DNA of 63,440 nt, filler included, from Basidiobolus ranarum (Eukaryota): assembly GCA_040143965.1 (NCBI GenBank). It is 51 parts of 51 records of this genome, joined end to end, with 100 filler letters (N's around TTAATTAATTAA, not from the genome) between each part and the next. Parts side by side here need not be neighbours in the genome. Positions count along the whole stretch, not along the records: positions 11,269 to 12,419 come from JASJQH010006222.1; positions 12,520 to 13,670 come from JASJQH010006223.1; positions 13,771 to 14,921 come from JASJQH010006224.1; positions 15,022 to 16,172 come from JASJQH010006225.1; positions 16,273 to 17,422 come from JASJQH010006226.1; positions 17,523 to 18,672 come from JASJQH010006227.1; positions 18,773 to 19,921 come from JASJQH010006228.1; positions 20,022 to 21,170 come from JASJQH010006229.1; 43 more parts are not named here. One strand, written 5' to 3'. Both the position numbers and the translations under genes were made by a program. Shown here piece by piece: positions 11,269 through 23,768 of this stretch. Below the pieces are notes generated by a model. The model did not search any database. It had not been told where the DNA came from and saw only the letters and a program-made list of their open reading frames with translations. Position 1 is the first letter of the stretch, and each line of letters starts with the position of its first letter.

Positions 11269-12419
11269 TTGATTGGCAACTGTGGCTTGCCACAGACCTG
11301 GTACAAGTGGAAAACAGTTGTCAATTGTATGACTTATAATCCTTCAGTAATTAAACTACCTTCATGTCCAAATGGTTATTTGGCTTTCACCAGTGAACTG
11401 AAAAACCTGAAGTCAGGTACTGTTTGCACACAATTGACAATCACTGAATCAGGTAAATATTGTTCATACTCAGCTTACATACCATCAATTCCCTGTCTTA
11501 AAGTTGTGATGAAATCACCCAAAAATATATTAGTGATCCAATACCAAAGTACTCACCATAACGCTGATGATATTACCAATATAATGGATGGATATCACTA
11601 CCAGAATCTGAAAAGTCAAGGTTTATTTGAGAACACATATGATCATGCATTTGCATTGGTTCTGGATGGTTTCTCACTAAACAAATATACCACCAGAAGA
11701 ACTTGGTGAGGAATAATTTAAATTAGCTTAAATTTTTTCCTTCTGTATGATATAAGAGTCATACTGTTTTGATACTATCCATCATATCTGGACCTAAATC
11801 ACCAGTGCTTATAGATAGTTTCTTGGAGCTTTTGATTTCAGAGTTTGAACAGTTATTTATTGGGGTTCTGATGGGTGAATATTTTATTAATGCTAATATC
11901 ATTTTATGCATTGGTGACACTCCTGCCATCAGTAAACTTGGAGGTTTTGTGGCCACAATGCACTATCTGGCTGTAGATTCTCTCAAACCAATGGAGTTTA
12001 CTCTATCAGGCATATGCATTACTACTATCCAAATGAAACACCAAACTCCATGATTTTACCATAAAGAGCCTAGTCAGATATCAATATGCTGACTGATATC
12101 AATTTACCAAATAGTCAGTCTAACATCAAACTTGTTATTAGCCATAAGCCTAAGATTATATTGCTAAAGGGGATCAGCTGGAGCCAGAGCTTGCCATTAG
12201 GCACTATGAACCTGCCATTCAACAATATTTCAATTCTACTTACTCAGCTATATAGTGGAAAATTTAATTTGAATGAGCCATTTGAGATAGAAAAAATGTT
12301 TGAATTGATTGGGAAAATGCATCAAAACATCAAGAAACCATCATATTTTACCAGGACTCCCATCAATATCCACTCATATAGGTATTTATTCAAATGCAAA
12401 GACTGAAAGTATTGGATTT
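11269..12419 (+). mobile_element. CMC/EnSpm Tnp2-family transposase core, frameshifted
   Basis: CPNG, LVLDGFSL, IISGPKSP, SFLELLI, IGDTPAISKLGGF. Confidence 0.92.
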
Positions 12420-12519
12420 NNNNNNNNNNNNNNNNNNNNNNNNNNNNNNNNNNNNNNNNNNNNTTAATTAATTAANNNNNNNNNNNNNNNNNNNNNNNNN
12501 NNNNNNNNNNNNNNNNNNN

Positions 12520-13670
12520 GCAATAGTTTTACCAGTATCGAACCGAGGAGGATCGAACAATGGTAAGATACCAAGAATCTGCCAACCATTAGCGGGTGTA
12601 TACCAGGCAATACCTAAACTTCTGAAACCACGATCGGCGAACTCTGACACAACATCATCATACTTCTGAGCAATAGCGGGATCCAATGTTCCAGCCTTTT
12701 GAACCATACGGAGCACAAATGGTGGGGCTCCCTTGACAGCAATGCATGTGTTACCTTCGGGATCGATTACCTTAGCAGTGACCATCTTAGAGACGGGATC
12801 GAAAGGTTGGAACTCTAGCATACGATATTCTCTCATTCTTCTACGAGCTTGAGGATACTTTCCAAGGGCCTTGACAACAGCTTTATCAATAGCATCCATA
12901 CCCTTCTTCTTACGTGAAGCGGCCAATGCTGAAACAAACATCAACATCTCATCGTCAACTCCTTCAACACAGTAGGGATCATGAAGAGTAAGCTTATTCT
13001 GGGTGAGAGTACCGGTCTTATCTGAGCACAAGATTTCAACACCAGCAAGAGATTCGATAGCAGTCAACTTTTGATCATTAGCTTGCTTCTTAGCCAAGAA
13101 AGCAGCACCAACAGCCATAGTAGTGGTTACTACAGCTGGAAGACCGACTGGAACACCAACTACTGCGATGATCAAAGCATACTCCAAAAGCTTAACGATA
13201 CCGAGAGAACGATAGAAACCGGAACTCCAAATGATTAACAACCACAAGATGACGAGCACGAGAAGAACGGTACCAATATTGTTGATAACCTCAGTGAAAT
13301 GTCCAACACCATTCGATTTACCAGCAAGAGTAGCAGCACGTCCAACGAATGTCTTTTCACCAGTAGCAGTAACAACAGCATAGCAACTACCACGCTTGAT
13401 AGCCGAACTACTGAACAAATCATCACCAGGTCCCTTAGATGCTGCCAATGACTCACCAGTCAAAGCAGCTTGATCGACCTGTAGACGTGAATCTTCACCA
13501 AGAATACGAGCATCAGCGGGGACAATACAACCATCTTCAACCAGAATGATATCTCCTGGAACAAGAGAGTTGGCCTCAACTGGTCCTTCCTTTCCGTCTC
13601 TTACAGCAACAGCAGACAAGGCGAGTGTCTTCTTCAACTGATCAATAATATTACCGGCTTGATATTCTTG
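12520..13670 (-). CDS. PMA1: Plasma-membrane H+-ATPase (P3A), internal fragment open at both ends
   Basis: [65 protein letters not shown]. Confidence 0.97.
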
Positions 13671-13770
13671 NNNNNNNNNNNNNNNNNNNNNNNNNNNNNN
13701 NNNNNNNNNNNNNNTTAATTAATTAANNNNNNNNNNNNNNNNNNNNNNNNNNNNNNNNNNNNNNNNNNNN

Positions 13771-14921
13771 CGTCATGCCAACCAAGCTACTGATTACATT
13801 GAACAGCCTAATAATGAGAACCATTTGGAAGGCAAACCAGATGAGTTAATCTTTACATACCCTAACAGTAGTCACCCATTCGCAAGTGACTACATCCACC
13901 CAGGAGAAATTAAGAATATATGCAATGATTTCCCATATCGTATCCAACGTCCTCGAAACTTTACTCTACCTTTAGGCCCCTCAGATGTTGTTAAGATCTT
14001 TGTTTGGAGACAGCAGATGTACAACGACAATGTTCATTGGGAAGAACAAACGGAGATGTGCCCATTTCCTCCAGAGCTCCAGAATTTCTTCGATAACTAT
14101 CGGAAATTACATGCTAGCGAGAAGATTGTTTGGAAAACAGGGTATGCGCCATGCTGGTTGTGGACTCACACTGAAGGTACCAATAGCCTGAATATTTGCA
14201 AAAACGGGATCAAGTATACTCTTACATCCAATTATACCGAATTCAGAGATGCTGATATCCTATATATGGACTATCCCTTCTATCACGGATTGTATAAAGC
14301 CCCATATTGGCATCTTGAGTTAATGCCACCTCGATTGGCACATCAGCGATGGATCTTCAAATTTGGCAGAGAGTCTATCGGATACTACTCATTTGTGTCT
14401 TTAGCTTCGTTTTTGCAGCAATTTGACTTTACTTTGGGGAGCCCCAAAGAATTGTTTGATCTTTCATATCCATTGCAGGAAATCTCCGAGGACTATGCCT
14501 TGGAGCTTGCTCACATCACCCCAGGTATTCCGCTTGATGCCAAACCTACCAACTATATTGCTTGGATGGTAGGCAATTGTTCACCTAAAAACAATCGCAA
14601 TGAAATCATCCAGGAGTTGATTGAGAAGATTAATGGCCATTCTTACGGCAAATGTCACAACAACAGAGAGATCCCCAAGGCAATTATTGAAAAGTATCAA
14701 AGCTACCCAGCTGACTGGGAATGGATCAAAAACAACACCCTTCGCCCTTACCCATTTTCCTTGGTGGTGGAGAATTCCAACTGCATCGGATATGTCACTG
14801 AAAAGATTTATGATGCTCTCAGCAGCGGTGCCATTCCGGTTTATTACGGTGCCTCTGATATAGACTCCTATGTACCAAACAACAGCTTTATCAATATGCG
14901 AGACTTCTCTACCATTGATGA
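13771..14921 (+). CDS. GT10-family alpha-1,3-fucosyltransferase-like protein, open at both ends
   Basis: AWMVGNC...NNRNE, HSYGKC, FSLVVENSNCIGYVTEKIYDALSSGAIPVYYGA, PNNSFINMRDF. Confidence 0.92.
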
Positions 14922-15021
14922 NNNNNNNNNNNNNNNNNNNNNNNNNNNNNNNNNNNNNNNNNNNNTTAATTAATTAANNNNNNNNNNNNNNNNNNNNNNN
15001 NNNNNNNNNNNNNNNNNNNNN

Positions 15022-16172
15022 CACCCAAAATGACCTCAGATAATGACAAAAAAGCAATTTTCTCCTGATCCAATCATTCAAATTTATTCAAACCAGAACA
15101 ATGAAGAAAATAGCATTCCTATGAATCCTTCAACCAAAGTTTTGCCTACTGAAATGCCCAATACAATGCCAGAAGTTGTAGTGCCTTTATCCCAAACCAA
15201 GAGATCAAATTGGGTCAGAAATAGCCCTGATTACTATGTCAATGAGTCCCAAAATTGGGTCTCTGCCAGCACAGCTCAAATACAATAACCCCAGACTGTA
15301 AAACAGGCCCTGAATGGCCCTCACACAAAATCTTGGAGATCTGCAATGGCTGATAAGTACCAGGTTTTGATTGCTAATCAAACTTTGATTTTAACTAACT
15401 TACCTGATGATAGAAAATCAATTGGCTGCCAATGGGTGTGTAAAGCTAAATACATCCCTGATAGCAATATAGAAAGGTACAAGGCTAGACTATTAGCCAA
15501 AGAATATCCCCAAACACCAGGAATAGATTATACAGAAACTTTTGCTCCTGTAGCAAAGTTTAATTCAATTAGATTCATTTTAGCAATTTCAGGTAAATAT
15601 CAGTTTATTATACATCAAATGGTTGTTGAAACTGCTTTTTTGAATGGTGAGCTTGCTGAGGAGATATATATAGACCAGCCAGATGGATTTGTGGATCCAG
15701 AAAACCCTAAAAAAGTTTGCAGACTCCAGAAAACACTCTATGGCTACAACAATCTCCAAGAGCCTGGAATAGTAAGATAGACACTTTTTTGGAAACACTC
15801 AAATTCCAAAAGTGTAATGCTGACTATAGTATCTACTTCAGGCCAGATAAGACAAACCCAGTTTTATTAGCCTTATATGTAGATGACCTTATTGTAGCAA
15901 CCAGCAACTTGAAGACTTTGGAGAAAACAAAATCTAGCTTATGTGCCAAATTCAAAATGACTGATCTTAGTAATCTGACATACTATCTTGGAATCCAAAT
16001 TAAGATTGATAGAACTACCAAATCAATAACTTTAAACCAGTCTAAGTATATCCTAGATATACTAGAGAAGTTTAAAATGGAAGAATGTAATCCAGTATCT
16101 GCCCCAATGGAGACAAATCTTAACTTGGCCAAAAATGGCTCAAATCAGATGTTCTTTGATTCAAATGAAAGC
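15022..16172 (+). mobile_element. Copia reverse transcriptase, frameshifted
   Basis: RYKARLLAK, DYTETFAPVAK, TAFLNGEL, QSPRAWN, LYVDDL. Confidence 0.95.
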
Positions 16173-16272
16173 NNNNNNNNNNNNNNNNNNNNNNNNNNNN
16201 NNNNNNNNNNNNNNNNTTAATTAATTAANNNNNNNNNNNNNNNNNNNNNNNNNNNNNNNNNNNNNNNNNNNN

Positions 16273-17422
16273 CTACTTCATATGATTCTGTAGATATTGG
16301 ATCTTGTGAAATAAGTTTAAGGGAAGATGGTGGAAAGTTCTTGGGTAGTAAGGCTCCAGTGTTATCTTGAAGTACATAAGATCCTCCAGTGGTTCTTCTG
16401 ATAATCTTGAAGGGACCTTCATACTTGGGATCAAGTTTGGATTGGCAGATGGGATCTAAAGTCATGACAAAAGAACCTTCAGGAAAACTAGTGGTCTTGT
16501 GCCTAGAAGTGTGCTTAGATATCATCTTCTGTTGACTATTTTTGCTTCTTGAGTTGATTCCAGGGTAGACTATGTCTGTTAGAAATTGAAGGTGTTTGTC
16601 TAAGTCTTCAGTGTTGATTGGTTTGAGTAGAACATCTTGATAGTTCTGTAGTTGGTTGAACATTCTTCCAAATATAAGTGAGAATGGAGCGGATCCATGG
16701 AGTGCAGCAAACTTGGTGTTGATAGCATTTTGAACCATTGGGATTGACTTGTCCCAATTCTTCTTGACTCTGTTGATGGATTTTTGGATTATGTTCACAG
16801 AGATTTGAACATGTCTTTCTGCAGGTCCATTAGCTTTAGGATGATAGGGAGTGATCAGTCTGTGATCAATGGCAGAGTTATGGCAGAGCTTTTGATAACT
16901 TAGTTAACAAACTCAGTTCCATAATCAGATTGAATGATTTTGGGAAATCCAAAGAGGCAGAATAGCTTGAATAAGGCTTGGGCAATGGTGGTTTCAAATT
17001 TGTCTGGTAGTGCTTTGAGAAAAACAAAACATGTTCAAACATCTACTATCACCAAGAGGTAGTGATTTCCATCATCACTGGTTGTGAAAGGTCCAGCTAG
17101 ATCAATAGCAATATGATCCATAGAGAGTTCAGCATGTATTACAGTCAAAAGGTGAAAATCCATGGGATGTGATATTATAATGTTGACATGCTCTGCAAGA
17201 CTTTACATGATCAAGGCTGTCAGACTTGATGTTGGGCCAGTGGTATCCATTGGAGTGCAACTTCTTCATAATGTATCAGCTTTAAAGTGTCCTAGTAGGT
17301 GACATTGCTGAATGAGATTATTCCTTTCATTTTGTGGTGGGCAAATTCTGGAATCTGGGTCTTGCTGGGGGATTGAGTTGGTAGTAGTTGTAAGTTTGCT
17401 GATTACATCAGTAATCACATGT
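16273..17422 (-). mobile_element. Ty3/Gypsy integrase with GPF motif, probably followed by a chromodomain
   Basis: LLGHFKAD, YHWPNIK, CRACQ, IAIDLAGPF, QSDYGTEFVN, YHPKANG, KLDPKYEGPFKI; ends ESYEV at contig edge. Confidence 0.9.
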
Positions 17423-17522
17423 NNNNNNNNNNNNNNNNNNNNNNNNNNNNNNNNNNNNNNNNNNNNTTAATTAATTAANNNNNNNNNNNNNNNNNNNNNN
17501 NNNNNNNNNNNNNNNNNNNNNN

Positions 17523-18561
17523 AAGTAGATACTATAGTCAGCATTACTCTTTTGGAATTTGAGTGTTTCTAAAAAAGCGTCTATCTTGCTATTCCAAGCT
17601 CTTGGAGATTGTTTTAAGCCATAGAGTGTTTTCTGGAGTCTGCAAACTTTTTTAGGGTTTTCTGGGTCCACAAATCCATCTGCCTAGTTTGTATACATCT
17701 CCTCTGCAAGCTCACCATTCAAAAAAGCAGTTTTAACATCTATTTTGTTGAAATTAGCATTGTCTCAACACCTATATAGTCATATATAGCTTAGGACTTA
17801 GTTATCTTATATTTCACTAAGATATTATCCATTATTCTCATAAGGAATTTACTTCAGATATTGACACCCACTTAGAAGTTCTCAGATATATAGCTTTTTC
17901 AAACTTGTGCTAGAAGCCCCAAACTTTGTGCACTTGTTTCTGGGACCTTCCTTAACACATTCTACATGCTGGTTTGTTTACATCATGACAAAACTATAAA
18001 TATCAACTTTCTACTCAATAAATCAATAAGTGAAAAGCCATCAATTCCTCTAATTCTCCAAAACACTTCCAGCAGGCTCCCAAATACTTTAACAGTAGGT
18101 TGGTTAAAATCTAAGTTTAATTATCAATCAAAGTCTGGTACTCATCAGCCATTGCAGATCTCTAAGATCTCACATGAGGGCCATTCAGGACCTCCTTTAC
18201 AGTCTGGGGTTCATTTGTTTGATCTGTGCAGGCATAGGCCCAATTTTGGGCCTCATTAATATATTAATCAGTGCTATTTCAGATCCAAATTTATTTCTTG
18301 GTTTGGGATAAAGGTACTACAGCTTCTGGCATTGTATTGGGCATTTCAGTAGGCAAAATTTCAGTTGAAGGGTCCACAGGAATGCTATTTTTTTCATTGT
18401 TTGGGTTTGAATCAATATAAATAATGGGATCAGGAGAAAATTGATTTTTATCATCATCTAATGTCATTTTGAAGACAATTTCTCATTTTCATTAAATAAA
18501 GCATCCCTAGACTTGATTAACTTGGAAATTTTGGTATCATAGAGTCTGCAGGCCTTGGTTT
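17523..18561 (-). mobile_element. Copia linker/RT fragment with LTR-A replacing ~213 bp
   Basis: Same family as 15022-16172 (LQKTLYGLKQSPRAWN). Confidence 0.9.
17746..18094 (+). mobile_element. Solo LTR-A without TSD
   Basis: TGTTGAAATTAGC...TTTAACA; flanks TATTT/GTAGG. Confidence 0.92.
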
Positions 18562-18672
18562 TATTGGGATAATATGGGCTGTTTGGAGGAACTTTAGAAA
18601 AGTGGAGTTGTGAATAGCTTTGTGAGATAATTGTTTATTGTCCAGAAATAAAGCATTTGTACTTTTTGGTGG
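18562..18672 (-). mobile_element. LTR-B 3' end
   Basis: Begins TATTGGGATAATATGGGCTG. Confidence 0.88.
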
Positions 18673-18772
18673 NNNNNNNNNNNNNNNNNNNNNNNNNNNN
18701 NNNNNNNNNNNNNNNNTTAATTAATTAANNNNNNNNNNNNNNNNNNNNNNNNNNNNNNNNNNNNNNNNNNNN

Positions 18773-19430
18773 TTGTTAGCAGTGACACATCCTAGCCTTC
18801 TGCATTCTTCCCTAACATATGCCAAATCAGCCATAGTCTTCTCATATTTTACAAATGGTGCATGCCTCTTAATCCAAAGCCTTTTGTCATAGTGTCTCCC
18901 TGGATGTAGCCAACTTAACGTAATGATGTTTGCTTCACAGTCTGTCAAAGCCTGGAACTTTACACAGTGGGCTTTGTACTTGCCAGAATAGAATAGCTTT
19001 TGGTTGCTTTTGGGCCTTTAATTCTGACTGGAAATGTGTCAAGAATACTTCTGATATGAACTCTACAGGGAAATACTCCAGGAAATGGAAGGAAATTAGT
19101 GTCTCTAAATCTTTTGTCCCAGGCATCTTCAACATCATTCATCACTGAAGCTAGATAATTCTCACTTACCTGAAGCCCGGTATGGAAGCTTCTCCCACTT
19201 TTGCTACCATTAATAGTGCACTGAAATCTGATTGGACAACAGTTTTTGTAGTTACAAAACAAATTGACTAGCTGCTTTCTAGTAGGTAATGGAGTATATG
19301 AGCTACAGTATTTCTCAAATATAGCTTCTAAGATGGTGAAAGGAAAGCCAGTAGTTGCTTTTGGATTAATGAGGAATGACCATTTAGAGTAGATGGAGAG
19401 CATGATATTAATCTTGTATTGAGCTGGCAT
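18773..19430 (-). mobile_element. PIF/Harbinger-ISL2EU (IS5-like, DDE_Tnp_4) transposase, frameshifted, 3'-truncated
   Basis: SILDTFPVRI, then shifted frame QKLFYSGKYKAHCVKFQ, HPGRHYDKRLW, MADLAY. Confidence 0.85.
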
Positions 19431-19787
19431 GATACTGATTGATCTGGCACGTGCAAGTTATTTATCTAAGAATTTCAATTATCATGGTAAAATTCCCTAC
19501 ATTCTGTATAATAAAATTTCTGTTTGTGTTTATTATCCTAATTATTTCAATTATGTGTAATTGCATGGAAATTATATAATAAACTGCATCAGCAAAGTTA
19601 ATCATAGTTTGATCCAAATCAATTTATTTAGTGCATATATCAAAATGGCTCAAAGCAGAATGCATTATGCTTGATCACACTATAGGAAATTAACTTTGAC
19701 ATTTTAACCAATAATATAAAAAGATCCCTAATTCTGATTGAAACCAATAAAGTCTAACATCATAGATATATATGGTAGTTATGTATC

Positions 19788-19921
19788 ATGTCAAAGCAGA
19801 TTCTTCCTGATTCACAACCTACTTTGGTACAGGAAACCACCACTTCCAAAATTTTGCACGCGCAGTCAAATGAAGGTGTGGGTGGCGCAAAGCAGCGCAC
19901 GCCTAATGATTTTACAGATGC
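19788..19921 (+). CDS. Possible 5' end of a divergent companion ORF (Myb/SANT-like?)
   Basis: MSKQILP...KQRTPNDFTD, open to contig edge; resembles the R-x-x-N-F-T start of Myb/SANT-like domains; very short. Confidence 0.3.
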
Positions 19922-20021
19922 NNNNNNNNNNNNNNNNNNNNNNNNNNNNNNNNNNNNNNNNNNNNTTAATTAATTAANNNNNNNNNNNNNNNNNNNNNNN
20001 NNNNNNNNNNNNNNNNNNNNN

Positions 20022-21170
20022 CTAGTTGCTTCCAAATGCTGCATTAATTGCGATATTGTGGCATTATTGCTTGTCATGGCCTGTATAGCAACTTCATAGT
20101 TTTTACTTATGATTGCATACAAATCATTATGGTGTTCTGCCTGTGATTCCCTTATTGTAATAATTCTATCCAAATTTTCTACAGAGGGTTGTTCAATAGT
20201 GGGCAAAGTAGCCAATTTGGAAGTTGATGTTCTTGACGGTGTTTTGGTTGAACCTTGCTCCACTATTGATTTACTACATAATTGGGGGATTACAATCTCT
20301 TCTCTTGCTCTATTGCTGGAAAAGAACACATCTGGTAAATTGATTAATGCTTCATCATTACTTGAGTAAGTTTCTGGCATGTGAATGTCTTCCAAAGTGG
20401 ATAGTGGATTGCTAGACTGCTCATCAATTAAGTCCTCTGTTCTTGCTGGTTCTTTTCTTTTTGTGCCAGCAGGCTTTGGCTTGGGAGCCAATTTTGACTT
20501 AGATTTTGAATGCTTTTTGAATGGCGTTGAAATTTTCAGATGGTAAACTTGGTGCAATGAAATTGCTTAGAAACAGCTTATATTAAACCAAAATTGCCAT
20601 CCATTACCGGAAATATCTTGTAAATCCCTGGATGACTCATCTGGGACACTGTCTCAGAATCAGCTGATGATATTGATTGGCTATAACTAAAATACCACTC
20701 TTACAAGCGAGGTGTTCTTTTTTCAACAAAATCCTTCTCATGCCGCAACACAAACATTAAAAAAGCCCTGCTATTATTGTTGCAAATTCTTGTGCTATGA
20801 AAGCTGGAGGCTTCATAGAAAAAATGATCACAAGCACAGTCACTAAACAAAGCCACCAGCTACACAAAGCTGGAGTACAACAACAGTAATAAGTGCACTA
20901 AATTGACTTTAATTTTGTCTATTGAGTCCACTGACTGTAGTTTGCCTCAAAATTTTGATTACACTGCCAAAAGTCAAGATATTATGGAGTTACCACAGTT
21001 ATATGACCAGAATGATGTAACTCAAAATGCTACTTTGGTCAGAACAGTAAGTCCAGACAACTTTGAAGACTTGCTGCTAGATGTTAACCTTGGTTATTCC
21101 AGTACCAATGGTAGTATGTCAGCAGTTGAAGAAGAATACAATGGTTTTGTTATGGACTCTTTGTTATTGG
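20022..21170 (+). mobile_element. CMC element: ORF2 N-terminal half (minus) and transposase 5' end (plus)
   Basis: ORF 19970-20557(-) and SPDNFEDLLLDV...; matches 26264-27410. Confidence 0.88.
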
Positions 21171-21270
21171 NNNNNNNNNNNNNNNNNNNNNNNNNNNNNN
21201 NNNNNNNNNNNNNNTTAATTAATTAANNNNNNNNNNNNNNNNNNNNNNNNNNNNNNNNNNNNNNNNNNNN

Positions 21271-21393
21271 CAATAGTCCTATTTCATAGTAAACTATAAA
21301 TAGCACATATTCAATTCAATAAAACTTAAGTGTCTAATTCACAAATCCAAATCTTGTCCAAAACACTTCCAAATCCCCTAAACACTTTTATCA
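21271..21393 (+). mobile_element. Copia LTR-D 3' end
   Basis: Reverse complement of 53139-53262; ends TTTTATCA. Confidence 0.8.
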
Positions 21394-22177
21394 TATACTT
21401 TCCTGCTACAATGTTATATCTCTTTAGGAAACCAACACTATGTTCTACTCTTGCTCTAAAATGGAAAAAAATGTCATTATAAAGCTTTTACCTCTCTGTG
21501 AGTATCCCTCCTCTGTGCCTCTTGTTAGCTCTGACACATCCTAACCTTCTGCATTCTTCCCCAACTTATGCCAAATCAGCCATAGTCTTCTCATATCTTA
21601 CAAATGGTGCATGTCTTTCAACCCAAAGCCTTTTGTCATGGTGTCTCCCTAAATGTGGCTCACTAAACCTATCGATGTTTCCTTCCAAATCTGACAAAGC
21701 CTGGAACTTTACACAGTGGGTTTTGTACTTGCCAGAATAGAATAGCTTTTGGTTGCTTTTGACCTGTTAGTTCTCACAGGAAATGTTTCAAGAATACTTC
21801 TGATATGACTTCTTTGGGAAATACTCCAGGAAATGGAAGGAAATTAAATCTCTAAATCTTTTGCCTCAGGCACCTTGAGCATCATTGATCACTGAAGCTA
21901 GATAATTCTCACTTGCTTGAAGGCTGGTATGGAAGCTTCTCCTGGTTTTTTTACCATTAATGGTGCACTGAAATCTAATTGGACAATAGTTTTTGTAGTA
22001 ACAAAACAAATTGATTAGCTGCTTTCTGGTAGGTATTGGAGTAAATGAGTCACTGCATTTCTCAAATATAGCTTCTAGGGTGGTGATAGGAAAGCCAGTA
22101 GTTGCTTTTGTATTAGTGAGGAATGACCATTTACAGTACATGGAGAGCATGATATTGATCTTGTATTGAGCTGGCAC
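21394..22177 (-). mobile_element. Second copy of Harbinger/ISL2EU-like transposase, degenerate
   Basis: Homologous to 18773-19430; extends to HFRARVEHSVGFLKRYNI (third catalytic-residue motif). Confidence 0.85.
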
Positions 22178-22265
22178 AATACTGATGGATCCAGTGCACG
22201 TGAGTTATTTATCTCAGAATTTCAATTATCATGGTAAAATTCTCTACATTCTGTATAATAGAATT

Positions 22266-22419
22266 TTGTCAGACACTTCCTGAATAGTGCTGAATGTGTT
22301 TTCTGGTTCACTAACTGTAATTTAAGGTGAAAAATTTGCTTTTTCATCAAATATCACATTGTTGCCCTTGATTATCTTCTGATTAGTGGTATCAAACAGT
22401 CTGTAGGCCTTGGATGCAT
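22266..22419 (-). mobile_element. Copia post-integrase fragment
   Basis: SKAYRLFDTTNQKIIKGNNVIFDEK; matches ~57840-57993. Confidence 0.75.
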
Positions 22420-22815
22420 NNNNNNNNNNNNNNNNNNNNNNNNNNNNNNNNNNNNNNNNNNNNTTAATTAATTAANNNNNNNNNNNNNNNNNNNNNNNNN
22501 NNNNNNNNNNNNNNNNNNNCTTGAATTCCTGTGTTAAGAATATATGCTAGTGTTGATTTTTGTGTTGGCAATTTTGAAATAGATGTAGCTCCAACAATAT
22601 TTGATCAAATCTTATGTTTCTTGCATGGTTGCAAAGCTCTAGTTGAGGTGTTCTTGATTACAGCTTGAATTGCTTTAATAAGTGATGTATTAATGAGACT
22701 ATGAGCAATTGAATATTCTTGTTCTTTTTCTTGATTGGGAAAATATTATAAGATAGCAATAGATAATATTCTTCCTGGCTATTATGTGCAAGATATAATT
22801 GGAATATTTCCAACA

Positions 22816-23271
22816 CTACACTGTAGGTCCAGAACTGGATATGTGTTTAAGCTAGCAGGTGGGCCAACAAGCTGAATTAGCAAGAAACAGCAAACTGTTG
22901 CATTATCAACTACAGAAGCAGAATATATGGCAAGCTCTATGGCTGTTCAAGAAGCTATATGGCTAAGGATTCTTCTCAAGGAACTAGGATATGATCAGGT
23001 TAATCCGACCCCAATATATCAAGATAATGTTAGTTGTGTTCAGATCATTAAGAGTCCTGAGCATCACTCGAGAATGGAGCATATTGACATAAGACATCAT
23101 TTTATGCAGGGCAAGTTCAAGACAAAGAAGTGAACTTCATCTATTGTAAAACTGAAAACATGCTTGCAGATATACTAATAAAACCACTCAAAACTTCAAG
23201 CTTTGAGAAGTAAAAGCAGGAATAGGCATTAGTGAATATGAGCACAATGCTGAATAAGAATTAAGGGAAGG
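22816..23271 (+). mobile_element. Copia RNase H end plus PPT (LTR-C family)
   Basis: SKKQQTVALSTTEAEYMA, YQDNVSC, HIDIRHHF; PPT TAAGGGAAGG abutting the LTR. Confidence 0.92.
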
Positions 23272-23589
23272 TGTTGGATAATTAATCTTTCTTCAACATC
23301 ATAGTTGACTTTAGTTATGATCCATATATCAGAAACAGAAAGCAACGTACCTATTGCCCCTATATTCTAAATAGGAATATCTCTATATCTATATTACAAG
23401 TATGTCTTATTACCCCCACTTATCTATTTTATCTTATTACACATATTCCTGAATATCTCAAACAATTGATTTACTTTTCTACCATATAAGTTACCACATA
23501 CTCTTAAGAATAAAGTAATTGAAAACACAATATCATAAGTTGCTTCTAATACTCAAAGTCTACCACCATTATGTCAAGATCCTCCAACA
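23272..23589 (+). mobile_element. Copia LTR-C, 3' LTR (318 bp)
   Basis: TGTTGGATA...CCTCCAACA; second copy at 33951-34267. Confidence 0.9.
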
Positions 23590-23768
23590 AAGAGAAAGCT
23601 CAGGAGAGACTACTAAAGGCAGTTACAGGCTACTGTGTGACTAGAAAGGACTTAACCAGCTCAAAGGANNNNNNNNNNNNNNNNNNNNNNNNNNNNNNNN
23701 NNNNNNNNNNNNTTAATTAATTAANNNNNNNNNNNNNNNNNNNNNNNNNNNNNNNNNNNNNNNNNNNN

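Noticed and set aside
1254-14921. FAS + secreted protein + PMA1 + fucosyltransferase as a gene cluster
   Set aside because: Separate contigs ordered by length only.
20515-20535. MPFKKH as the certain ORF2 start
   Set aside because: This copy has ACG at that codon; the ATG in other copies may be a CpG-decay product, so the start is unresolved.
22520-22815. Further LTR family ending TTTCCAACA
   Set aside because: Single partial copy with no PPT, PBS or TSD to confirm it.
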